Source: Acidimicrobiia bacterium (GTDB taxonomy: Bacteria > Actinomycetota > Acidimicrobiia > Spongiisociales > JAHEDJ01). From it: a DNA stretch of 46,632 nt. A program made the position numbers and the translations under genes. The notes below the pieces were generated by a model. The model did not search any database. It was not told where the DNA came from and saw nothing but the letters and a program-made list of their open reading frames with translations. Where the stretch lies: positions 1-46,632 of the forward strand of contig JARGFH010000028.1 of NCBI GenBank assembly GCA_029210695.1, given 5' to 3'. How positions within the stretch are numbered: position 1 is the first letter of the stretch; each line of letters opens with the position of its first letter. Shown piece after piece: positions 27,124-35,582 of this stretch.

Positions 27124-28764
27124 TCAGAACTCCCCGGTCTCGCCGAGCCTGAACCGCTCGATGATCATGATCGAGGCCGCCGTCAGCACCATGAGGATGG
27201 TGCTCAAGGCCATCGCTCGTCCGAAGTTCAGTTCGCCCGGCCTCCCGAGCAAACGGAAGATCGCAATCGGCATGGTGGGGCGTTCGGGTCGAACCAGAAA
27301 AGCCGTCGCACCGAACTCCCCGAGGGAGATGGCAAAGGCGAATCCGGCGGCCACGAGGCCGGACCGTGCGATCAGTGGTAAATCGATCTCCCGCCAGGCG
27401 CGAAACGGTGAGGCGCCGAGCACCCGGGCCGCCTCGCGGAGTCGACGGCGTATTGCCTGCATCACCGGAACGACGGTTCGGACCACGAACGGGATGGCGA
27501 TCAGCGAGTGGGCGAGCGGGATCAGGAACGGAGACGTGCGCAAGTCGATGGGCGAATCGAAGGCGACTAGGAAACCGAACCCGATCGTGACCGCCGACGT
27601 TCCGAGCGGGAGCATGAGCAGAAGATCAAACCACTGTGAGACGGGCCCCTGCCGGTAGGCGATGACGGTGGCGGCCAGGATGCCAACCACCAGGGCAATG
27701 ATCATCGCCACGAGCCCGAATCCGATGGAGTTGGCGATGGCTTCGGTGGCCGGGACGAACAGTGAGTCGCTCGTATCGGTCAGAGAGGTGTAGGCGGCTG
27801 TGCTCCAGCCTTCCCCAACCTGAAGCGAACGCTCAACCAACAACAGAAGCGGGGTGCCCAGGAATAGCGCAGTGAAGGTGAGGGTGCCGCCAACCATCCA
27901 CCACTCCCGCGCGGTTTGTGGCTTCCGGGCCGTAGCCGGCGCCAGACGTTGTTCGACCGCCCGCCGTTGCTGATAACGCGAGTAAGCCAGGAGGATGAGC
28001 GAGACGGCTACCAACTGCAGCACCGACAACGCGGCAGCCACCGGCAGGTTGAGGAAGCTCATCGTCTGTCGCCAGATCTCAACCTCGATCGTCCGGAACT
28101 CGAGGTTGCCGAGGACGAGGATCACTCCGAAAGACGTGAACGTGAAGAGGAAGATGATCGAAGCAGCAGCCGCGATCGCCGGACGGAGCAATGGCAAGCT
28201 GACGGTTCGGAACGCTCGCCACCGGCCGGCCCCCAGAACCCTGGCGGCCTCGGTGAGCCGAGGATCGAGATGCGCCCACAATCCGCCGACGGTTCTCACG
28301 ACGACCGCGTAGTTGTAGAAAACGTGCGCCAGGAGAATCGCCCAGATTGTCGATGACAAGTCGATCCCGAGTGCTCCCCTGGGGCCGAGCAAGGCAAGGA
28401 ACGCGGAGCCGACGACCAGCGTTGGGAGGACGAAGGGGATCGTCACCGCTGCTCTCAACAACGACCGTCCCGGGAAGTCGTACCGTGCGAACACATAGGC
28501 GGCCGGCATGGCCACCACGACCGTCAAGATCGTTGAGACGACCGCCTGCCAGAGGGTGAACCAGGCCACGCTCCGCAACGACGCCTTTCCGAACACTTCC
28601 CCGAACGGGCCGAGCGCACCGGCCTCTCCCGATAGGCCGGTGAGGAGGATCGAGCTGAGCGGGTATAGGAACGCCACCGCCAGGAACCCGAGTGGGATGG
28701 CTACGACGAGGATCCGCGCCAACCGGCCGGGCCAGGCGGCTCGCCGTGCCCTCGAGAGAGTCAT
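27124..28764 (-). CDS. thiP: Thiamine ABC transporter permease (duplicated TM domain)
   Basis: Two EAA loops (EAARVLGA), FTLWQA and LAHVFYN. TGATG coupling to thiB. Confidence 0.9.
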   Translation of the reverse strand: MTLSRARRAAWPGRLARILVVAIPLGFLAVAFLYPLSSILLTGLSGEAGALGPFGEVFGKASLRSVAWFTLWQAVVSTILTVVVAMPAAYVFARYDFPGRSLLRAAVTIPFVLPTLVVGSAFLALLGPRGALGIDLSSTIWAILLAHVFYNYAVVVRTVGGLWAHLDPRLTEAARVLGAGRWRAFRTVSLPLLRPAIAAAASIIFLFTFTSFGVILVLGNLEFRTIEVEIWRQTMSFLNLPVAAALSVLQLVAVSLILLAYSRYQQRRAVEQRLAPATARKPQTAREWWMVGGTLTFTALFLGTPLLLLVERSLQVGEGWSTAAYTSLTDTSDSLFVPATEAIANSIGFGLVAMIIALVVGILAATVIAYRQGPVSQWFDLLLMLPLGTSAVTIGFGFLVAFDSPIDLRTSPFLIPLAHSLIAIPFVVRTVVPVMQAIRRRLREAARVLGASPFRAWREIDLPLIARSGLVAAGFAFAISLGEFGATAFLVRPERPTMPIAIFRLLGRPGELNFGRAMALSTILMVLTAASIMIIERFRLGETGEF

Positions 28765-29894
28765 CACGGCAGCATCACAGCGTCCCACTCTTCGATCCAA
28801 CGCTGCCGGTTGGCATCGATGAGGGCCGGTTCGAGCGTGGCGACGCCTTGGGGAATCGTCGTGTGGTCAACGAATACGGGTGGCAGTTGGGCCTCTCGAT
28901 TGGCGGGGAATACGAACATGTTGAGCGGGATGTCCTCTTGGAACTCAATGCTCAGCATGAAATCGATGAACGCCGCGGCCAGTTCGGGGGCGTCTGACCC
29001 GTTCAGCACGCCGGCGAACTCGATCTGGCGGAAACAACCCGCCTGCATCACACCGGTCGGCGCCTCATCGAGTGGTGTTTCTGAAAAGACGACCTCGGCC
29101 GCCGGCGACGATGCGTACGACACCACGAGTGGCCGTTCTCCCTGGCCGGCGCCGCCCGAGAACTGGCTGTAGTAGGCGTCATCCCACCCGGCGCTCACCG
29201 TGACCTCGTTGGCCTTCAGTTCGGCCCAGTAGTCCTTCCACGTGTAGTCGCCTTCTTCGCCGAACTCGGCGATGGTGGCGAACAGGAAGGCCAGGCCGGG
29301 TGATGACGTCGCCGGGTTTTCGACGACGAGTTGCCCGCGAAAACGATCTTCGGTGAGGGCGGCGAGCGAGGCGGGGGCGTCGTTGTCATTGATCACCGAA
29401 CGATCGAAGTTGATGCAAACGTCTCCGAAGTCGATCGGTGTCGCTCGGTGTTCCGAATCCAGTTGCAGATCGTCAGGAACCGCGGTCAGCCCGGGAGAAG
29501 TGTACGAATCGAGGATGCCGGCATCCAGGGCACGGCTCAGGAAGGTGTTGTCGATCCCGAAGATCACGTCTGCAAGCGGATTGCCTCTCGTGAGAATCGC
29601 CTGATTGAGCATTGCCCCGGCATCATCGGAACGCAGGATCTCAACGGTAACGCCGTGTTCGGCTTCGAAGCGTTCGATGATCCCGTCCGACACGGCGAAT
29701 GATCCGTGGGTCATGAGGGTCAGCGTGTCCGGGACGGTCGGAACCGTTCCGTTGGCTTCCGATCCCCCGCAGGCGGCGAGAAGGAAGAGGAGGACAGTTC
29801 CGCAGACGGCCTTTGTCAACGCGGGATGCTTCCCGACGGCGCGGCCGGACGCGGAAGGACCCGGCTCTCGTGGTGATGCTGTGTTGTGGTCCAC
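28764..29894 (-). CDS. thiB: Thiamine ABC transporter substrate-binding lipoprotein
   Basis: Lipobox LLAAC; THGSF, GIDNTFL, NPATSSPGLAF, VVSYASSP and CFRQIEFAG. Confidence 0.92.
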   Translation of the reverse strand: MDHNTASPREPGPSASGRAVGKHPALTKAVCGTVLLFLLAACGGSEANGTVPTVPDTLTLMTHGSFAVSDGIIERFEAEHGVTVEILRSDDAGAMLNQAILTRGNPLADVIFGIDNTFLSRALDAGILDSYTSPGLTAVPDDLQLDSEHRATPIDFGDVCINFDRSVINDNDAPASLAALTEDRFRGQLVVENPATSSPGLAFLFATIAEFGEEGDYTWKDYWAELKANEVTVSAGWDDAYYSQFSGGAGQGERPLVVSYASSPAAEVVFSETPLDEAPTGVMQAGCFRQIEFAGVLNGSDAPELAAAFIDFMLSIEFQEDIPLNMFVFPANREAQLPPVFVDHTTIPQGVATLEPALIDANRQRWIEEWDAVMLP

Positions 29895-30000
29895 TCTCTT
29901 CCTCCGCTGGCATAACCCAGTTCAGGTTCCACGGGTCGGTAGCAATCGCCTTGCGGCGGGGCTTCCCTCTCAGTCGGCTGGCCCGACTCCCCGGGGTGGT
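29891..30000 (-). ncRNA. TPP riboswitch (THI element)
   Basis: Minus strand reads GGGGAGTC...CTGAGAG...GACCCGTGGAACCTGAACTGGGTTATGCCAGCGGAGGAAG, directly upstream of thiB. Confidence 0.95.
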
Positions 30001-30130
30001 GTTAGGGAGGCCAAGGATACCTCGTAACGGTCGTTGCTGCATCGAACATGGCGTCCTCCCGGAAGCTGCGAACCGGGGCTTCTCCATCGCCATCTCCCGC
30101 TCTGTTCGGATACGTAGTACGTTCCCCGTC

Positions 30131-30913
30131 ATGTCTGGGATTGTTGAGCGGAAGGTCGATCGGCGAGCGGGATCAGTCTGGCAGCAGGTTGACGACCGGA
30201 TCGTTGAGGAGTCTCCGCTCGAGATCAGGCTGGAGGGGACCCCGCTGGCCGTGGTGATGAGAACCCCCGGCCACGAAGCAGAACTGATCCTCGGATTCGC
30301 ACTCACCGAAGGAATCCTCATCGGCCCCCACGAACTGGCCGGAATTGATGAGATCGATGCCAACCGCTGGGACCTCCGGCCGGTAGACGGCGTGTTTGTC
30401 GATCCGACCAGGTTCCAGCGGAACTTCTATTCGACGTCATCCTGTGGAGTCTGTGGGAAAGCTTCGATCGACGCGATCCGGATTTCTTCCGGGCCACTCA
30501 ACCAGGACCTAAGGGTGCCGGTCGATGTGCTTGCGGGCCTCCCCGAATCGATGCGAGCCCATCAGGTCAACTTCGACGAGACCGGCGGACTACATGCCGC
30601 CGCAGCTGTGACGGTGGAAGGCGAGTTGATCGCCCTGCGTGAGGATGTTGGGAGGCACAACGCGGTGGACAAACTCGTCGGGGCGCTGGCGCCGGATCGA
30701 TGGCGGTTCAACGATCTCGTGCTCTTCGTGTCGGGTCGAATGTCGTTCGAGGTGGTGCAGAAGGCGGCTGTGGCCGGGTTTCCTGTCGTTTGCGGGATTT
30801 CGGCAGCCTCGTCGCTCGCCGTTGAACTGGGTGAGGAGTTGGGTATGACGGTCGTCGGGTTTGTCCGGGGTGATTCCTGCACCGTCTATTGCGGCCGGCC
30901 GCGCATCGTGTAG
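30131..30913 (+). CDS. fdhD: Formate dehydrogenase accessory sulfurtransferase
   Basis: MRTPG, SSCGVCGK, TGGLHAAA, REDVGRHNAVDK and SGRMSFE. Confidence 0.94.
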   Translation: MSGIVERKVDRRAGSVWQQVDDRIVEESPLEIRLEGTPLAVVMRTPGHEAELILGFALTEGILIGPHELAGIDEIDANRWDLRPVDGVFVDPTRFQRNFYSTSSCGVCGKASIDAIRISSGPLNQDLRVPVDVLAGLPESMRAHQVNFDETGGLHAAAAVTVEGELIALREDVGRHNAVDKLVGALAPDRWRFNDLVLFVSGRMSFEVVQKAAVAGFPVVCGISAASSLAVELGEELGMTVVGFVRGDSCTVYCGRPRIV

Positions 30914-30934
30914 CTCATGGCGTTCGAAGTGAGC

Positions 30935-31636
30935 TCATTCCTCCAGCACCGAGTAGAGGCGCTTGTTGTCACGGCCTTTGTTCTCGAATCTGTCGATTCG
31001 GGCACCGCGGATCTCACCGGTCGAGTGCACGTGGGTGCCTCCGCAAGCCTGGGCGTCCAGATCTCCAATCTCGACGATCCGCACCTTTCCCTCCTCGATT
31101 GGCGGCAGGACGTTGCGGGTTCGAATCAGATCCGGCCTTGCCGGGAACTCGGCTTCCGTGATGGTGGAAGCTGAAATCGGGAGGTCTCCCGAGATCACTT
31201 CGTTCACTTCTGATTCGAGTTCTAAGAGCATTGAGCGGTCGAACGCTTCGAAGCTGAAGTCGATTCGAGACCTGCCGGTGCCGATCAACGTGCCGGTGAT
31301 GAGTCCGCCGTATGCCCGCCGAGCAATCGTGTTGACGATGTGCAGTAGGGCGTGATGCCGCATCAGCGCATAGCGCCGGTCCCAGTCGATGCGGCACTGC
31401 ACCTCCGAGTCGAGGCTCGCAATGAGATTCACCCGGTGCCAGATCTCGCCGTGGTCGGATCGGACCTCGTCAACCCGATGAGTCTCGGCGTTGAAGGTGA
31501 TCGTGCCGGTATCGGCCGGTTGGCCGCCTCCACCCGGGTAGAAGACGGTGTCGGAGAGCAGCCACCAGCCGTTGTCGGCGTCGACGATGCTGGTGTCGCA
31601 CGTCGCCAGGTATGAATCGACTAGATACAGGCGCAC
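30935..31636 (-). CDS. alaX: Free-standing alanyl-tRNA editing protein (AlaX-M type)
   Basis: TVFYPGGGGQPADTG; Zn ligands HxxxH (HALLH) and CGGTH. Confidence 0.92.
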   Translation of the reverse strand: MRLYLVDSYLATCDTSIVDADNGWWLLSDTVFYPGGGGQPADTGTITFNAETHRVDEVRSDHGEIWHRVNLIASLDSEVQCRIDWDRRYALMRHHALLHIVNTIARRAYGGLITGTLIGTGRSRIDFSFEAFDRSMLLELESEVNEVISGDLPISASTITEAEFPARPDLIRTRNVLPPIEEGKVRIVEIGDLDAQACGGTHVHSTGEIRGARIDRFENKGRDNKRLYSVLEE

Positions 31637-31679
31637 AGAGACTCCGGGTACCCCGTCATCGAGTACCCGTTGCCTGTTC

Positions 31680-32084
31680 CTACTTGGCCGCCTTCACCGC
31701 CAGGACCGGGCAATCGGCATCCAGGAGGATCTCCTGCGCGTTCGAGCCGAGCAGGAATTTCCCGGTCGGTGTCCGTCGGCGAAGGCCGATCACGATGAGG
31801 TCGGCATCGACTTCTTTCGCCGTGCGGGTGAGGTCTTCAGACGGTGAGAGCCCGCGCACGTACTCGTGCATCGTGTGGTTGACCCCCTCCTCTGTGAGCT
31901 TGGCGTCGACCGCATCGAGTTCCTGCCGGTAGGCAAGAACCTCGGTTTCCTCCTCGCGCCGTCCTCCGTACATGGAATGAACCACGATCAACTGGGCCTG
32001 GCGCAGCTTCGCCTCGTCGATGGCCTTGTTCAGCGCAGCCTCACCTTCCGGCGACCTGATGAAACCGACGACGATCTTCTCCAT
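31680..32084 (-). CDS. Universal stress protein
   Basis: KIVVG, ADLIVIG.R and LLGSNAQEILLDADCPVLAVK. GAGGAG RBS. Confidence 0.93.
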   Translation of the reverse strand: MEKIVVGFIRSPEGEAALNKAIDEAKLRQAQLIVVHSMYGGRREEETEVLAYRQELDAVDAKLTEEGVNHTMHEYVRGLSPSEDLTRTAKEVDADLIVIGLRRRTPTGKFLLGSNAQEILLDADCPVLAVKAAK

Positions 32085-32147
32085 CTGTTTTCTCCTCTTC
32101 TTTGCGCTCAATCTAACGGGTCCGCACGCCGCGAGTCCGCGGCCAGC

Positions 32148-32504
32148 CTATGACATAGACACCTGGAGGGCTCCGGCCGTGTGGCCGGCGTCTCTCACGC
32201 CGACCACGAGACGCGTGTAATCCCAGTTCTCGCTCTCGACGACGAGGACCGGGTCCTGACGGAAGACGGCCCAGAAATGCCGGTTGGGTTTGCGGCCGTA
32301 CGAACCGAATCTGACTAGACCTGGAATATAGGTCCCCGGTGCTCTGATGATCGGCCCATACGAAACGTCGCCACGCGCCATGGCCCGGGCCGACGTAATC
32401 CGGTCAACCGGGACCTCGAGTTCCCTTTTCAATGCGAGTAGAGCCTCGAGCGGACCGAGGCGGAACAGTGCAAAGCGGCCGTCATCACTAATCACGACTT
32501 TCAT
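32148..32504 (-). CDS. Conserved hypothetical protein (118 aa)
   Basis: IRAPGTYIPG...FWAV...YTRLVV pattern. TAGCGT lies 6 nt before the ATG. Confidence 0.75.
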   Translation of the reverse strand: MKVVISDDGRFALFRLGPLEALLALKRELEVPVDRITSARAMARGDVSYGPIIRAPGTYIPGLVRFGSYGRKPNRHFWAVFRQDPVLVVESENWDYTRLVVGVRDAGHTAGALQVSMS

Positions 32505-32592
32505 TACTTCACGCTATGACGGCCGGCTCATAATCGCCTAGAGGCAAGATGCTCTGACGGGAGTGGCTCATCGGAAGGCATCTCCGCTCGGG

Positions 32593-32805
32593 TCAGTCCT
32601 CCATCTTGAAGGAGATGCTCACCCTGGCCCTGTATGCGACAATCTTTCCATCGTCATCGAGGTTCATGTCGAGCTTGGTCACCTCTGCGATGCGGAGATC
32701 CCGCAGCGAACTGCGCGCCTTGCCGACGGCGGCCGCAGCAGCCTTCTCCCACGACTCAGTGCTCGATCCGACGAGCTCGACGAGCTTGTAGACGCTCTCA
32801 CTCAT
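32593..32805 (-). CDS. Dodecin family flavin-binding protein
   Basis: SVYKLVELVGSSTESWEKA and YRARVSISFK. AAGGAGG RBS. Confidence 0.93.
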   Translation of the reverse strand: MSESVYKLVELVGSSTESWEKAAAAAVGKARSSLRDLRIAEVTKLDMNLDDDGKIVAYRARVSISFKMED

Positions 32806-32838
32806 TTCCGCCTCCTTGGGGTCGGTCAATTTGAACCT

Positions 32839-32937
32839 AGTCGCGAGTCGCGAGTCGTCGGCAGGCGAGGCTGGGCCACTTGCCACTTGCCAATTGCCTA
32901 CGGCCTATGGCCTACGGCCTACGGCCTACTACCTGCC
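32839..32937. repeat. Degenerate 7-bp tandem repeats
   Basis: AGTCGCG x3 (degenerate) at 32839-32859; GCCACTT/GCCAATT/GCCTACG-type units x8-9 at 32875-32937. Confidence 0.85.
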
Positions 32938-32942
32938 TGCAG

Positions 32943-34745
32943 CTAGACCCCGAGAAAGGCCGGCTCGATCTCAAACAGAATGTCGGACCCGCCCTTGACC
33001 GCGCCGAGTAAACCGGAGGCCTGCGGAAGCAGCTGCTCGGCATAGAACCGCGCCGTCACGATCTTGGCCTTCAGGAAGTCGTCATCCGGCGATCCGTTGT
33101 CGAGTGCCGCCTTGGCCGCCAGCGCCTGGCGGGCCATGAACCAACCGCCGGTCACGGTGGCGAACATTCGCAGGTACGGCGTGGCGGCGGCAAGCGCATC
33201 ATTGATGTTCGCCATGCCTCTTTGTGCCAGCCACATCGTGGCGTCCGAGAGCGCGGCGATGCCATCCGTCAGGCTGCGGCGGATCGTCGCCAGGTCTTCC
33301 CCGGCAGCTTCCAGGTCCTTGTCGAGGGCAGCCATACGGCCGATGAACTCGCGGACCAATTCGCCTGCCCGCATGGGCAGCTTCCGCCCAACTAGATCCA
33401 TTGCCTGGATGCCGTTGGTCCCTTCGTAGATGGGTGCGATGCGGGCATCGCGAAAATGCTGGGCTACGCCCGTCTCCTCGATGTAGCCCATGCCGCCGTG
33501 CACCTGGAGGGCGAGCGAGGTGAGCTCTACCCCGAGGTCCGTCGACCAGGCCTTCGACAGGGGAGTGAGGAGGTCGGCTAACTCGGCGGCACGCTCACGT
33601 TCTTCGGGGTTCGGATGATTGAGGGCGATGTCCATGGCTTCGGCGTTAAAGTACAGCAACGAGCGCATGGCCTCGATGTAGGCGCGTTGCGTCAGCAGCA
33701 TGCGGCGCACGTCCGGGTGTTCGATGATCAGAGAGCTGTCACCGGGTTCGGTGCCAACGGCCCGGCCTTGCCGTCGCTCCTGGGCGTAGGCCAGTGCGTC
33801 CTGGTATGCCCGCTCTGAGATGGCCAGTCCCTGTAGGCCGACCGAGAGGCGAGCGCTGTTCATCATCGTGAACATGTTCTTCATGCCGTCGAACTCCGCA
33901 CCCACGAGGTATCCAACCGATCCTTCGTGGTCGCCGAATGCCATTACCGCGGTGGGGCTGGCATGGATGCCGAGCTTGTGCTCGAGCGAGACGACGGACA
34001 CCTCGTTGGATTCTCCGAGGCTGCCGTCTTTGTTCACGATGTACTTCGGCACGACGAACATCGAGAGGCCCTTGGTGCCTGGTTTGCCATCGGGCGTTCT
34101 GGCCAGCACCAGGTGAATCACGTTGTCTGCGAGATCGTGGTCGCCCCAGGTGATGAAGATCTTCTGACCTTTGATTCGATAGGTGCCGTCGTCCTGCGGG
34201 GTCGCCTTGGTGCGTACGGTCCCGAGATCAGAGCCGGCCTGTGGCTCGGTCAGGCACATCGTCCCGGACCACTCGGCGGTGATCAGCTTCTCGAGGTAGG
34301 TGGCCCGGAGTTCGTCGTCACCATGCAACACGATCGCTTCGATGGCCCCCTGGGTGAGCATCGGATTGAGGGAGAACGCCATGTTGGAGGCCGCCAGCAT
34401 CTCCTGAAGCGCCAGGCCGACGACCCACGGGAATCCGTGACCTCCGTATTCGGGCGGGAAGGGCACGGCGCCCCAACCGGCCTCTACGTAGGCCCGGTAG
34501 GCGCCCTTGAAAGCCTCGGGTGTGACGACGACTCCATCCTGGGAGAGGACCACACCTTCTTTGTCACCGATGATGTTGGTCGGGGCCACGACTTCAGCCA
34601 TGAAGCGGCCACCTTCGTCGAGAGCACCGAAGACGGTGTCGGGGTCGGCATGCTCGAACCCTTCGAGGGTGGCGAGACCGGCCAGGTCGACGATATTGGA
34701 GAAAACGAACTTGATGTCACGCAGCGGGGGTGTGTAGTCGGCCAT
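32943..34745 (-). CDS. Acyl-CoA dehydrogenase (long ~600-aa subfamily)
   Basis: GTMCLTEPQAGSDL, KIFITWG, EHKLGIHASPT, QVHGGMGY and IYEGTNGIQA. Confidence 0.95.
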   Translation of the reverse strand: MADYTPPLRDIKFVFSNIVDLAGLATLEGFEHADPDTVFGALDEGGRFMAEVVAPTNIIGDKEGVVLSQDGVVVTPEAFKGAYRAYVEAGWGAVPFPPEYGGHGFPWVVGLALQEMLAASNMAFSLNPMLTQGAIEAIVLHGDDELRATYLEKLITAEWSGTMCLTEPQAGSDLGTVRTKATPQDDGTYRIKGQKIFITWGDHDLADNVIHLVLARTPDGKPGTKGLSMFVVPKYIVNKDGSLGESNEVSVVSLEHKLGIHASPTAVMAFGDHEGSVGYLVGAEFDGMKNMFTMMNSARLSVGLQGLAISERAYQDALAYAQERRQGRAVGTEPGDSSLIIEHPDVRRMLLTQRAYIEAMRSLLYFNAEAMDIALNHPNPEERERAAELADLLTPLSKAWSTDLGVELTSLALQVHGGMGYIEETGVAQHFRDARIAPIYEGTNGIQAMDLVGRKLPMRAGELVREFIGRMAALDKDLEAAGEDLATIRRSLTDGIAALSDATMWLAQRGMANINDALAAATPYLRMFATVTGGWFMARQALAAKAALDNGSPDDDFLKAKIVTARFYAEQLLPQASGLLGAVKGGSDILFEIEPAFLGV

Positions 34746-34824
34746 GGGAGAAGTGTAGGTGGCGAGATACCGGGCGGTAATGGCTGAAGGTCCTCAACTC
34801 GGAAGGGCGGCGGTCCTTCGTGGA

Positions 34825-35406
34825 TCAGCCGGCGCCGGCCGCACCGGCCGCCAGATCGCGCAGAGCGGCTGCTTCGGAGAGGTCCGACCAGATGGCCGGG
34901 TCGAGGTCGAGTTCTGCCCGGATCGTTCCATCGCTCGGCGCTTCGAACCGGGCTCCGGCTTTGCGGGCCAGGCGTGTCATCGCGGCATTATCCGCCAGCA
35001 TGGTCATCTCGAAGCGTCCGAGATCATGATCGACAGCCACCAGGGCGAGAGCCCGGAACATCGTCCACCCGAGTCCACGACCCTGGAAGTCATCCGCGAT
35101 CGTGAACGCCGCTTCGGCGATGTCCGGCCCTGTACGTACGTACCTGGCGATTCCGACCCCGATGCCGTCCTCCGTCTCGATTCCCCACGCGAAATGGTCG
35201 ATGTGGTCGATGTCGGTGAGGTAGGTGAGCTGACTTCCCGATAGTTGGCCGATCGGCGTGAAGAAACGTTGATTCCGGGACGCTTCAGACAGACTCTGAA
35301 ACCCCTTGGCAAGTAGGTCGCGGTCTGCGCGCGTCACCGGACGGATGCGAACAGGTAGTCCGTCGCGAAGCGTCAGTGTGACGATGGGGTGGGTGCCGAC
35401 TGGCAT
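34825..35406 (-). CDS. GNAT acetyltransferase resembling the acetyltransferase domain of Pat-type protein acetylases
   Basis: LRDG..VRIRP, LSEASRNQRFF, GIARYVR, EAAFTIADDFQGRGLG and LADNAAM. Confidence 0.88.
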   Translation of the reverse strand: MPVGTHPIVTLTLRDGLPVRIRPVTRADRDLLAKGFQSLSEASRNQRFFTPIGQLSGSQLTYLTDIDHIDHFAWGIETEDGIGVGIARYVRTGPDIAEAAFTIADDFQGRGLGWTMFRALALVAVDHDLGRFEMTMLADNAAMTRLARKAGARFEAPSDGTIRAELDLDPAIWSDLSEAAALRDLAAGAAGAG

Positions 35407-35440
35407 GGGGTCATGATACTAGAAGTGCTAACTATTGCAA
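35407..35440 (-). promoter_or_regulatory. Sigma-70-type leaderless promoter with an overlapping imperfect palindrome
   Basis: TTGCAA-16 nt-TATCAT-6 nt-ATG; ATAGTTAG-CACTT-CTAGTAT spans the spacer. Confidence 0.65.
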
Positions 35441-35502
35441 GCACAAGGGCAACGATCGCACGCACTTGCCAGGCAGTCGGGGAACTGTAATCCAGCGTAT
35501 CG

Positions 35503-35553
35503 CTCACCCCGACGGGGGGAGTACGCCCGGCCGAAGGCCGGGTGGGAGGGGCG
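35503..35553 (+). repeat. Single REP-like double-hairpin element of the 25.7-kb family
   Basis: CTCACCCCGACGGGGGGAG, then hairpin CCCGGCCGAAGGCCGGG, then GGGAGGGG; located just 3' of glpD. Confidence 0.6.
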
Positions 35554-35582
35554 CAAATCTTCCGGTGTCTCTCGCTCCCGGC

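Noticed and set aside
30131..30913. Formate dehydrogenase or selenoprotein locus
   Set aside because: fdhD is alone; no fdh subunit or in-frame TGA read-through candidate is nearby.
35420..35432. CIRCE/HrcA operator (AAGTGCTAA)
   Set aside because: Only an imperfect half-site, with no TTAGCACTC arm and no chaperone gene.
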